A DNA stretch of 64,000 bases, taken from assembly GCA_965644295.1 (NCBI GenBank), contig CBFFRP010000236.1, positions 124,001 through 188,000 on the forward strand. Direction: 5' to 3'. Below are positions 1-11,431 of this stretch, in pieces. The notes below the pieces were generated by a model, which saw only the letters and a program-made list of their open reading frames with translations, searched no databases and was not told where the DNA came from. Each line of letters opens with the position of its first letter. Position 1 is the first letter of the stretch. The DNA comes from Paraphysomonas bandaiensis. Taxonomy: Eukaryota > Protista > Chrysophyceae. The translations under genes and the position numbers were made by a program.

Positions 1-133
1 GACAGTGAATGAACATGCCTCCACCCACCACTAATACAGTTGATAAATATAAATGTATGTATATATATACACATTCTTATATATTCTCTTAATATATACA
101 TATAATACAGTAGGAAAGAGCCCTACCGGAGTA

Positions 134-1264
134 ATGGAATCAAGTTCAAACTATCGACAAGATGAGAAATCTTCAGATACTGATAAGAAAGTGAGATTTA
201 CAGAAGAAAACACAAGAAATCAACAAAAATTTAATCCCAGTCATGTTACTTGTACACCTAGTTTACAGAAAATAAGATATAAAGATCCAAAAGAACGGGC
301 ACCAGAGGTTGTGGCACCTGCAAGCTCTCTTGTACGACCTAATTATGAAGACATACTCAAGCGTGTTTCTGTGGTATTGCACAAACACATCACAACTTGT
401 GAAGAAAGGTACCGGAATTCCACCCCGGATAGTCACGAAACTGGCCTCTTTCACAACAGCAAGATGGAAATGTTTGCGGAGGATAATTTCATTTCACCGG
501 TGTATGTATACCACTTTGTCCGTTTCCCTGCAGCACGTATTGGGTTTTGCCATGGCATGCGTAAACTGCAGTCTACGTACTCCGTCCCCTCTCTTGCTGA
601 TGTCCATACTTTCCTCCGAAAACTCTTTGGAGAAGCTCAACTGAGCGCGGAGTGTAGCATAGTGTGTCTTATATACGTCGAACGATTGATGGAACAAGCA
701 AATGTTCCACTGATGTCCAAAACCTGGCGCCCGGTTGTTATGTGTGGTCTCCTTCTCGCCTCCAAGGTGTGGCAAGACCTCAGGTAAGCTGTTATGTGCT
801 CATTTTTACTTATAAAGCTGTAACTTTTTATATCTTTGTTGTCAATGGTACAGCTCTTGGAATAGTGAGGTAGCGCAGATATTCCCTCAGTTCACCCTAC
901 AGAACATTAATCGTTTGGAGCGCACCTTTTGTCACAATATCAAATGGGATCTTTATATATCGAGCAGTTTGTATGCTAAGTATTACTTTGCTCTCCGCTC
1001 CCTCACAGAGAAGACTGACTTCAGGAGGTAAGTATAACAGCTCTGATGTTTTCAATGATGTATACTGTGCATGGTCCTTACAGTATGTACATTTACCCAA
1101 CTATTGTGCTGTTTTCAATTAATTGCTTATATACGTGAATAACACTGGTACGCAGAAATTATAACACCATGGTTCTCGAAGCTCCCGGGGCTCAGCAAGT
1201 AGCCATCAGGAGTGAAAATGTGAAAGAGACGATGCTCCATACAACCTTATCTCGGAGTTACTAA
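134..1264 (+). CDS. CCNY: Cyclin Y-like protein (3 exons, ~134-784, 854-1028, 1156-1264)
   Basis: Cyclin-box motifs AQLSAECSIVCLIYVERL and WRPVVMCGLLLASKVWQDL. After GT-AG introns the frame continues SWNSEVAQIFPQFTLQNINRLE...YAKYYFALRSL, typical of cyclin Y. Confidence 0.9.
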
Positions 1265-1942
1265 TCGTCTGTTCATTTATGTATAGTGGTAGTATGTTTA
1301 GCTTCGCGGGGACCAGAAAATAACGCACCCAATTCCGAAAATGTATGGTTTCTTGTATAGTAATAACAATAAGCATTTTAGTATTTGCTGCTAATGCACC
1401 TTGAGGAACTTTCTGCAGACTAGCATTTCGTATACTAGTTTATTTACCTGTTAAAATACAGTTAACTCTTACATACTAGTTGATGCATCATTGACATGTA
1501 TCGCTGTAGTTAGTATCTATTTTATTGCAATGAAACACCTTAAAAATAAGACACTACATCATATTTGGAAGGAATATAACACACAGAAATTCTGAAAATA
1601 CTGTATCTATTGAGGATATGATGTGTAAAGAAAATATTGGTACTACTGAAGCAACCACATCATCACTAGTTTGCTATCGCCTGTAATACAAAAACATAAC
1701 TTCAACAGCTTCATTCCATAAAACCGGACTCACAAGTCCCATTCATGCAGTATATAAAATCAATGAAGAACGAAAGCACTTTTATTCATATTAATATTGT
1801 ATTACTCGCCATAACTACCTAATTACAAGAAAACAAGTGAACGTGCACCACACTTAAGCAATGGGATCAAGCTAATATACATCCACACCCACAACTGCAC
1901 TACTACATTAGGCAAGAACACAAAACAATTGTTTCGAAGGAA

Positions 1943-2420
1943 TCACTTTTTCAGGTAGCGTAGAGCACGAAGCCCACCCCCAGCTGCCAGTGTTTTCTCC
2001 GAGCCATTTATGATTATGGCTTTATCTGAAAGGAAAAAAGATCAGACAGACTATATCACAGTGTAAGCGACACTCACCACTGTCTGAATCTCCATGTAAA
2101 ATGACAACAGGTTGGTGTTTGTTTCTAATATCTGAATCATCATCGACCAATCCTAACAGAGGCTTTGGTAGGGTACTTTTTCTGCCAGTCTTATAATCTG
2201 AAGGTAACTGTTCATTTTCTGCTATTCGGATTTCATTTGCAGGAATATTCGATTCGACGAGATCGTCATCGAGATATTGTACGGTATACTCCATATTGTA
2301 GTTATCGATATCTAACACTTTACCAATAAACCAAGTTCCCTCAATAAGCCGCTCAATAATAGTTCCTATCCTACATTTTGTATGGTCAGTAGACTCCATA
2401 CAACCAGATTCCGACACCAT
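1943..2420 (-). CDS. Small Tudor-like domain protein (2 exons)
   Basis: GTWFIGKVLDIDNYNMEYTVQYLDD has a Tudor-like pattern. A second exon after a short intron encodes AIIINGSEKTLAAGGGLRALRYLKK*. Confidence 0.6.
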
Positions 2421-3049
2421 AATCCTTCACAAGAAGTAATGACCACACTTGTGCAAGGATTCCTTTGCCGGAAAACAAAAGGGACTATTAATCCTTTGTT
2501 ACAACTGTAACAGTTACTGTAATACCAAATAAGTGACTGGAGGGAGTGTTATTTCTTGTTGCAATCATGCATGTATGTGTGTATGTATGTATGCATATGG
2601 CTCTCTTCTTGTTCGTTACATGATACAAAAAAAATAATAACGTTCGTATATAGAGACGACTGTATTCCTTCCTGTATTCCTGTATTCCTGTATTGGTATC
2701 CTACGAAGAATACTGCAGGAATACGTATCGCTAGTGTGGACACGTATTCTGCTGTGTAGTCATGGAATACAGTGAGAAGAGTGTACGTGCTTTTTACTAT
2801 GAACTCTAGAACTGTTACAGATCCCTGTGTATACAGCTGTGTGTATATGTATGTGTGTACAGCAGTGTACGTATGTATATATATACAGACTCTGCTATGC
2901 ACACTACACACATACACTATGCATATTTTGCATTCTAGATACCTCTTGTCCAATACTGCCACCTACACTGCATCTGCTTCTATATCCAAGCATATGGACT
3001 ACTATATAAGCCTGTTTTATTAAATTACTGCTCCTGTTACTGTTATCTA

Positions 3050-3730
3050 ATGCCACAACTCACCCATGAATATGATCGTGAGTCTACTCCATGGATAGAT
3101 CAACTGCGATCATCAAGAGAAGAGACATCAACATCATGGTTTCATACACGTAAATCAAAATCTATACAGAATTCATCGCAGTGGTTTACAAGACGTTACT
3201 GTATCCCCTCACAACACATCACAACACACAGTTACAAGAACAAAACAGAGTCAGCATTATCACATAGTCATACTAAGACTGGATTAAGTATTCAGAGTAA
3301 TCAGAGTAGTCAGAGTAGTCAGAGTTCGTCTACAACACCCTCTTTGCCAAGACAACGACCATTCTCAGCTTCTCGTGCTGATGAGAGTTGGAATAAGTCG
3401 TCAGATTCTAGAATACCGCCGAACTATTCTGTTCTATGCGGACAGTCCTCAGGAAGTCGTGTTTTACGGCAATGTGCATATTGTAAAGTCCTATACAGTG
3501 TTTCCCATTACTGCCTTCATATGAGAGAAGAAAAAACAAACAATAAGTCGTTGCTTCTTAAAATGAGACCCCAGTCTGCGAATTTTGCTCGTAGGAAAAT
3601 TGTTCCAGCTGGTGTGGAGAAAACTATGCAGACTCCACAGAATGAAAATTCGCCTGCAAAATTAAGACGACGCCGTCCTAAAACATCACCGGCTGCCTCG
3701 AAGCATTACCGAAGAGAAGGATGTACATGA
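3050..3730 (+). CDS. Hypothetical Ser/Arg-rich protein with a possible small Zn ribbon (CAYC...HYC)
   Basis: 226-aa open frame with RPxSA motifs; no recognised family. Confidence 0.5.
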   Translation: MPQLTHEYDRESTPWIDQLRSSREETSTSWFHTRKSKSIQNSSQWFTRRYCIPSQHITTHSYKNKTESALSHSHTKTGLSIQSNQSSQSSQSSSTTPSLPRQRPFSASRADESWNKSSDSRIPPNYSVLCGQSSGSRVLRQCAYCKVLYSVSHYCLHMREEKTNNKSLLLKMRPQSANFARRKIVPAGVEKTMQTPQNENSPAKLRRRRPKTSPAASKHYRREGCT

Positions 3731-4425
3731 GGTTATTCTGGGGCCTTAAAACCTGTACCATAGCTTTCAGCGTGTTTTATGTACTTTACAGTTCATAACG
3801 TTTGATGCGAGGACCGATATAAAAGTATTTATAGGTCCTCTTGGAAAATTATAGCAATTAGTTTCACGTTACATTTCAATCGTGCTTTAGCGTATCTGTA
3901 CCTTAACAGTAATTTTTATTCAATGTACACCTACGTAACTACGTAACAATAGAACAATTACTGTACACAAGAACTTTCCTCAATGTACATATTCATGGTA
4001 CTTTCTTTGTCCATCATGTTATACACTTGTGGAACCCTACTCTTTACATGGTAGCGGATAAACTCTGGGTACGAAAAGAAGCATCATTTCAATTTTATGA
4101 GAGCCTTACACGATGTATATAGAAAACTGTCAGTCTAATGTATAATGTATAATATTTTCAAAGCATATGTAACAGGTCTACGTTATTAAGTAGACTGTAA
4201 GTAGTAGTAGTAACACTGACACCCTCAACAAAGTCGGACTCGCACCTTTTCGTAGTGTTCTAGGGGATAAGTACCGGAGATATTTCTTCGAGAAACAAAC
4301 GTGAGCCGCATTAATAGTAAACAAAAAACTTTTTCCCACAAGAGACACGAAGGGTGTTGGGCTGCCTGCTGAAGTCAAGCATCCGGGCTAGTGCACCTTA
4401 AGGACAGTGAGAAAAAGTGGTTAGA

Positions 4426-4484
4426 CCTTGGTGCTTGCGGTGACGCACAAGCAACTTTTGTAGAGTTAAATAGTAGGATATCAG
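4426..4484 (+). repeat. Dispersed ~45-60 nt structured motif, copy 1
   Basis: ACCTTGGTGCTTGCGGTGACGCACAAGCAACTTTTGTAGAG, nearly identical to copies at ~9936 and ~47641. Confidence 0.8.
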
Positions 4485-5189
4485 TTTTAAGTTTTGAGCA
4501 CTAGTTAGTTAAATTGCAAAGCTAAATTAGTTCAGACTCTTAATACCTATTGCTGATTCACTACTAGACACACTGACTTATACCTTTAGAGTTTTTATAT
4601 TGCTTGCTTAGTGTTACGCTTACATCTGGTTTTCACATCACGTTCCTGTTTTATCAACACGAAAAAAGTAAAGTAGGTGGGAGAAGGTATGTGACCTGTA
4701 AACCTGTAAACTGTACACTAACGATGTTCAACAGAGTTACCATTATTTAACTGCACCCTAATCAAATAGTTTAGCATCTGTCGATTAATTGGTCGGCAAA
4801 TAATAGTTGCTATAATTGATTACAACCTGCGTCGAATAATTGTTACGCAGCCGTGATCTATAGAAGAATAAATTATCACGTCAAAGGGAAATATTTTACC
4901 TATATTGGTATCTCTTGTTCATGAAACGATAGTAACTCTTTGTAGTGAGGCTTCTGATTGATTCGTCACACCTTTTTATTATCTACTCAAAAATAACGAG
5001 CGAGGTGGATAGTAATGCAGCTCATAAATAGTACATAACGTGATAAATTTTCTCAATTTAACATTTCTTGGGAGTGTAGGAACAGTGGAAGTCATTCTGG
5101 CAAACAATATAGTAATTGTCAAAACATTTACTCATGTAATGAAAAAATATTATTATTTACAACTTAATAGAATTGGTGCCGGTGTTCTA

Positions 5190-5988
5190 TCACACAGTAA
5201 AGCGCGCAGCAACATCTTGCGCTTCGGGATGCGAACACTCATTAAGCCACGCCACCACTTTATTGAGATTTGCAGCATCTAAGAATCTGACAGTAAGAGA
5301 AAATCGAGGCAATTCTGAGAATGTTTGCAGCCAAGAAAATACATCTATTTGCTCCGCGTCAGTGCTGGTATCGCTGTCCCCATCCTGCAACATGACCGAA
5401 ATCATTTCTTCCATTGTCTCAGCACTGATGTCTCCCTTAAATATCTTCCTTGCATGCTCAGCGCCAATATTAACAAGAAACCTATGCAAAAATTAGTATG
5501 TGTTACATATCATAAAATGTAGAAAATACCGTTTCTTCTCCGGGATTGATTTCAGTCGTCTCCAGTCACGCTCAAAGTCCATGGATGTCTTCGGCTTTTT
5601 TATTTTACGAGGTTGTATCGCGGAAGCATCAACTTGCTTATTAGTATCGGCAATAACCTCCTTCTCAAGAACAAGAGTATCAGGCTTTTTCTCTTTAGCT
5701 TTTTTCCATCCTTTCTTGACAGCTCTCAAACTCTCCACTTCCTCACGACTGTATACACAGCACACATTCAGTATATAAGTATCATATATAACTAACTTAC
5801 CTCACAGTCTTTAAATGAGCACATGCTACCATATTTTTAAATTCATCATATGATTGTGCAGTTTTTATAGCACGTTTCTTCATTCCATCCGTTTGTTTAT
5901 ATTTTAAATCAAAATCAAGTGCATTTTGTAATTCTTTTTCTAATGATGCTGCATCAATGTTACCATTATTATCAAATTTAATTGACAT
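5190..5988 (-). CDS. CCDC103: CCDC103/DNAAF19 dynein attachment factor (3 exons)
   Basis: N-terminal IDAASLEKELQNALDFDLKYKQTDGMKKRAI...YDEFKNMVACAHLK, then an RPAP3-C-like region PKTSMDFERDWRRL...LPRFSLTVRFL. Confidence 0.9.
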
Positions 5989-6551
5989 ATTGTGTTGTTG
6001 TTTGATTGTAGGTGGTTATGGGGTGTGGTATGAGGAGATGAGATTGTGGTTTGGTCCTATGAACTGTTCTATATGTATATATGTGTATGTATGTGTGTAT
6101 GTGTATATGTATGTATATGTAAGCAGATGGCAGTGTGTGTATAGTGTATGTAGAGTATATATGTACGTACACTGAAGTAACTGATATATATACAGAGTGT
6201 ATACAGCTGTATTTGACTCCAGTCACAATTTGACAGAGATGTACCCCTGTACGTACCACTGTATATGTACATCTCTACCATATACATCTACATGTACACA
6301 CGTACATTTACACAGCAACATACCACATACACAGTAGTGTACAGAGTATGTATGTATATATATGGGCATATACATACATAAGCTGGTCACTACCCCTCAA
6401 TTATTACCTTAACAAACCACTACAGAGTCCACACTCTATCTGCTCCCATGCAAAGGAGTTCCCTACCCATATCCCTATCCCTCCATACCTCACACAGTCT
6501 TTCATAGTCTCTCACAGCCTCTGTATATCTCCTACACTGATATTCCTAGTC

Positions 6552-8699
6552 ATGTATAATAATAGAAAGAGAAAGCTTGCACTTCCCACAATAAATCGAA
6601 GAAAAGACCCTCATATCACACATCATAAACCTCATCAAATCAATCATCATTCAGTTCATGAAGACGTCGCTGTTAATAAGGAGAATGCGTGTAATGAGTC
6701 AGTCAATCGTATGAATTGTCAGATATGTGGAAAAGATATTGAAAACTTAAATATTACTGAACGAACACAACATGTTAATAACTGTATTGATGGAAATATA
6801 TCAGGACCTTCTTCTAGTTGGAATGATGACGGGAGTGATTTCGATTGTATAAAAGATGAAAGTAAAAACTCTTGCGTGAAGAGTACTGCAGCACCTAGGC
6901 AAGAGGAGATGGACTTGCTCCTTGCAATATCACTCTCCTCGTCTGGAAGCTCTGCTGATGGCTCAGTCACCGCGTGTCCTTCTCAGACACCCTTCCAGAC
7001 ACAACTGCTTCCTTCGCACAAAAGTCGCGTGGCCACTTCCCGTCCGAGGGGACGAGTTCAAGGGAAGGAAGCAGAAGGCACCTTACATGATATTACCGCC
7101 AGTGTGCAGCGACTACGGGAGGAGCTTGGGGAAGTTGAAGGGCGTATATGCGAGCAGGTTTACCGTAAAAACCAAATAACCAAGGAGATTCGTCGTCTTG
7201 TTAGGAAGCAAAGTGCTATGGAGAAGTGGAACAAGGACGCAAAGCTTATAGGCGATGAGGAGGAAGAACACGAGATGCTCAAGCGATTGTTTGGTGATAC
7301 CCCACCTACTGCACCTCTCTCTGTTGACGATGGAGCTCTAGTGCAAAAGCGGAAGACATCATGTCCCCTGTGGCAGATGGCACAGCTAACCGAATATTCA
7401 TTTGAGAATAGTTCCCCACCACCAAGTCGTGATAAAGGCGATAACCATCCTACTGGGACCCCTTCAGCACTCTCTCAACTAGTGTTGGTACTTGACGAAG
7501 CCATGGAAGAAGATAAAAAGGAACAAGATCTTAAGCATAGCCAGGTGTGGGATACAGTGCAAAAGCAATTACAGTTGCTGGAGGCAGGTGTTGAGGCTGG
7601 AGGAATAGCCACCGAGAGTTGTAAGGTAATCTGCGGCAGAGTTACCGATATATGTTCTCGCATTCTGTCTAAAATACAAGAGTGTTGTGCTACCCCAGTT
7701 CCTACCTCCGATGTAGCACAAACAGTTACTCCAGTTTCATATCCGCATACCTCGGATGCTCACGTCAGTGAAGACGAGAGAGGGCAATGTAAGAATGATA
7801 TCGTCGAAATAGACCTCAATCTTTCGGGATTAATCCCTTCCACTCCGGTACAAGTTTCGTCACCCCTGAACATAGAGAGGTGCACCAGTGGTAGAAGTAG
7901 AAGGTCAGCTGGAAAAAGATTGGTTCAAGCATTCTCTCAGAACTCTCCTGTCACGTCACACTCAGCTCCTCGCGATCCACATCGACCTAGTGTTAGTACA
8001 GCTTCTGTTGCTGGTTTTGGTAGTGACTCAGAGACATCGTTTTCATTCACAGGGGTCGTACACTACAATCCTTCTCCACCACTATCTTCTTTCTGCCCAC
8101 CCCATGAACCGTCGCCATGTAATGTTGAAGCACCTCACGGGTTGACTCTTGAGTCTAGTGCAGACTTTCCGGTTTTCCCACCTACGGTGGCACACACTGT
8201 GACGGAGGATATCACTCACGCTATTAAGAGTGAACCTTGTGCTTTCTCAGAGAACAACACTCTAGATGATCTCGATTTTTTGAGTCGTACTAGCGAGCCT
8301 GATCTGTCATGTCACTCTGTCGAGAGTCTCAAAGCATTGTGCGCATCGTATGGCCTCAAGCGATCCGAGAACAGGAAGCTAATGTCTGATGCATTGATCA
8401 CACTGTGGCGTAAGTGCCATCCAGATGCCGCCACATCAACTGGTCGACTAAGCAAAACTTATTCACAAATCGACACTGATAACTTGCAGACTTCTGAAAA
8501 TATACTAGATCCTGCTCTGTCTGAATCCGTGACAAACTTCATTCGGGAACATGAAGATATATACGACCAGGTACTTTGTTTCCGCTCGCTTGATGTGGAG
8601 GTACTACAAAAGCGGATGAAAGAAAGTGGTCTGAGTATCTCAAAATTAGCACTGAGAAGCACCCTTGACTCCATGGGAGTATTTCTGTCTTCACTTTGA
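6552..8699 (+). CDS. SLX4: SLX4-like structure-specific endonuclease scaffold (single exon; start at 6552 likely, ORF open from 6348)
   Basis: UBZ-type finger CQICGKDI...RTQHVNNCID, MLR-like LWQMAQ, SAP-like SVESLKALCASYGLK, and C-terminal SLX1-binding-like FIREHEDIYDQVLCFRSLD...LDSMGV. Confidence 0.75.
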   Translation: MYNNRKRKLALPTINRRKDPHITHHKPHQINHHSVHEDVAVNKENACNESVNRMNCQICGKDIENLNITERTQHVNNCIDGNISGPSSSWNDDGSDFDCIKDESKNSCVKSTAAPRQEEMDLLLAISLSSSGSSADGSVTACPSQTPFQTQLLPSHKSRVATSRPRGRVQGKEAEGTLHDITASVQRLREELGEVEGRICEQVYRKNQITKEIRRLVRKQSAMEKWNKDAKLIGDEEEEHEMLKRLFGDTPPTAPLSVDDGALVQKRKTSCPLWQMAQLTEYSFENSSPPPSRDKGDNHPTGTPSALSQLVLVLDEAMEEDKKEQDLKHSQVWDTVQKQLQLLEAGVEAGGIATESCKVICGRVTDICSRILSKIQECCATPVPTSDVAQTVTPVSYPHTSDAHVSEDERGQCKNDIVEIDLNLSGLIPSTPVQVSSPLNIERCTSGRSRRSAGKRLVQAFSQNSPVTSHSAPRDPHRPSVSTASVAGFGSDSETSFSFTGVVHYNPSPPLSSFCPPHEPSPCNVEAPHGLTLESSADFPVFPPTVAHTVTEDITHAIKSEPCAFSENNTLDDLDFLSRTSEPDLSCHSVESLKALCASYGLKRSENRKLMSDALITLWRKCHPDAATSTGRLSKTYSQIDTDNLQTSENILDPALSESVTNFIREHEDIYDQVLCFRSLDVEVLQKRMKESGLSISKLALRSTLDSMGVFLSSL

Positions 8700-9269
8700 T
8701 GTCGAAGATAGTACATTTCCCGTATCTTTTTTATGTTATTAGCTGTGACAGTACGCAGATAAGTGAATGTACATTTTACACATGGCGTTTTTGTTTAAGA
8801 TTGAATTATAGATTGTAATATATGTCTTAAATAAAAGCATAAACTGTTTGTTTACATGTACTCTCTGAAATGAGTTTCGTAATATGTAATGCTTCAAATT
8901 CTGCACAATTAATTTTGATACGAAGTACTTTTACATTGAAATATTTTACACATTAAAATAGTCATCACTGAAAGTATGCTCATTGGATTTTGGTTCTCCA
9001 ACCCATTGTAAAGAGTTCTGTATAAATATATACTAGATATTGACAATCAAAATATTAGATTTTGACAATACTACGTATACAGTACAATATGTAATTTCTT
9101 TTAAATTGTCGACTTAATAATTAAAATTTATCAAGTAAAATGTTGTAATTCTATAATTTGTAATTTTTACTATCAGAATCATATAGTTAATTTAAAGAAA
9201 GTTAAGGTTTGATATTCTGCCAGCGAATTGACGTCAAGATTTAAGAAATTTATCACATCGTGATCATTC

Positions 9270-10310
9270 CCCCTACGAATGGAAAACACAGAGTATACAG
9301 GCCATATCTGGCAGCGCCTAGAATACAGGGCTACCTCAGGTGGAACGTTTTTGGACAGGTGCTATCACCAAGAACAAACTGACATTGACATGTGGTTCCC
9401 AGATGCAGCTGTCATAAGAACTTCTCAACTTTGAGTCGCCAGTTGTCAAGACATATTGCAACCCCTTTTCTCAGCAGGCAAGAAAATGCTAAGACACATA
9501 GGCAGCCAATATTACTTCACCGCTCATCAGACTAACCGACTTCCACCTCGACCGCGACGTGAAATACAACCCCAGAGACCGCCCATTCTGATGATGCTTG
9601 GAATATCTAGACGCTCCAACACTACCCGCTGGTACAAAATCCCGTTTCGCATCGACTCTCCACATTGTTCGTCCACCATCCCAGTACCCAGTCAACAAAC
9701 ACGACACCGGAGACTACGACAACTATATCTTCATTCTACGCCCCAAAAAGCTCCCCAGAGTAAACCAGAGCAATACACTGCACCCCCATTTCCGGAAATC
9801 GGCTAACTATGGGGACATAATTACCCGAACTTCAGTAAGACACATAACCTCTGATCCACATATCAGCACGGCAGATCCGTATCCAAAGGGCGCCATGATT
9901 TACCTTGTACATTCATAAAAGCGAAAGTGATTGCACCTTGGTGCTTGCGGCGACGCACAAGTAACTTTTGTAGCGTAACTTAGTAGAATATCAGCCTTGT
10001 GTATATTCGTTATTCAGTACATTCGTACAAATAGATAATCCGTATCACAATGCTGACATGTCTACTGATATACCTAGTCAGATGTGGTCACTGAAATATG
10101 CAAAATGTCTATATACAAAGACTGGTGTTTTATACTGTGAAAATTTGAACGTTATCTTCTTTAACGAGGGGAGCTCTAGTCAGACTTCTAAAATAACAAG
10201 AAGTGGGATAAAGTCGAGGTAATACTAAGACCTGATAAAGCAATTTCACCAGGTTTAATGTTTTATATCTATTTTAAAGTAGTATTGAATGATTATTTTA
10301 TTACTGTAAT
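9270..10310 (+). mobile_element. Probable degenerate retroelement 3' fragment carrying copy 2 of the dispersed motif
   Basis: AC-rich broken ORFs, then the motif at 9936-9995 and a second block (10192-10310) shared with 47798-47890. Element class not established. Confidence 0.35.
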
Positions 10311-10715
10311 TTTAGTAGTAGAGCCCATTAATCGTGATAGAAGAGAAAACCCCAATGCTGTAACCTTTGTCAAGGGTTAGATCACTGGCAGTCTCCCTCA
10401 AACGTCAGTAGTTCTTGTGACATGTACACTAGAGTGGTTTTATATGTGGAGACCGCTCGGAGTCGTGACAAAGTAACTCTATGTATAATATATATAGCAT
10501 ATGTATACGTATATAAGCGTTTGGAAATGTGCACTTTGACTCTCCAGAAAATATATATATAGTGGGTTTATACAGTCGAAGTCCTAGTTCGTCGGCCAAA
10601 ACACTTCGCAAATAGCTATGAGACGGGTGTTGGATGAATATTTGAGTGAACATAAATCTACACCCATGGTACATGCCACTCTTGATGGATGATGTATGCC
10701 GTGCTTTTATTATAG

Positions 10716-11128
10716 CAGGGATAGGGAACAATATTGCTATACATTGTACAATATATTGCAATATATTATAATATATTGATTGGTGGACTGGTCAAATATT
10801 CCATAAATATTGTTTCTGTTAAAGTGGCTCACAATATATTGCAATCAATATTATGATAGTCATATACAGAAAGCTTCTTAATTGTAGAATAGAAAATATA
10901 TGTCGATGTATATAAATATCCGTTCAGACAGTGATTATTGCAACAATACAGAGGATGGCGAAGCTGAAGTTGGCTATATAGCTGAAAAAAATACGGATGT
11001 ATTTACTTACTGATTAGTCATACTAATATGTTGCAATAGTATTGTAGGCCCGGTTTAAAAACTCCATCAATACTACTGATGGAACGCTATCTAACAATAG
11101 TATTGCAATATATTTTTTCCTATCCCTG
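10716..11128. mobile_element. hAT-type MITE
   Basis: TIRs CAGGGATAGG...ATATTGC / GCAATAT...CCTATCCCTG; flanking 8-mers TATTATAG and TATCATAG (1 mismatch), consistent with an 8-bp hAT TSD. Confidence 0.75.
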
Positions 11129-11431
11129 TATCATAGTATCCACGGTTCTCTTGTCCTCATTCCGTCTACAGCTGCAGTGTTCGGTTGAGGCGTAAATAAT
11201 AACGTCATTTTAATTGACAGTTAATTGAAATATATAATTGCAACCCTCTTTGTGGCAATTATATTGCGATAATCATCTACAGCACGAGCAATAATTGTTG
11301 CAATAATTATTAGAATAATTGCCTTCACTGCAATAATAATTGGTTTGCAACTCTAACACTGGTGAATGAGAGGTCTAATTCAGCCATACATTTACTTCAA
11401 ACCAATCAAAACTCTTCACCATGGATTAACA

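Noticed and set aside
1029-1155. Hairpin with ATGATG in cyclin Y intron 2 as a snoRNA
   Set aside because: No properly placed D box, terminal stem or rRNA guide.
9588-9660. CTGATGA as a hammerhead ribozyme core
   Set aside because: Could not build the three stems with a GAAA and cleavage triplet.
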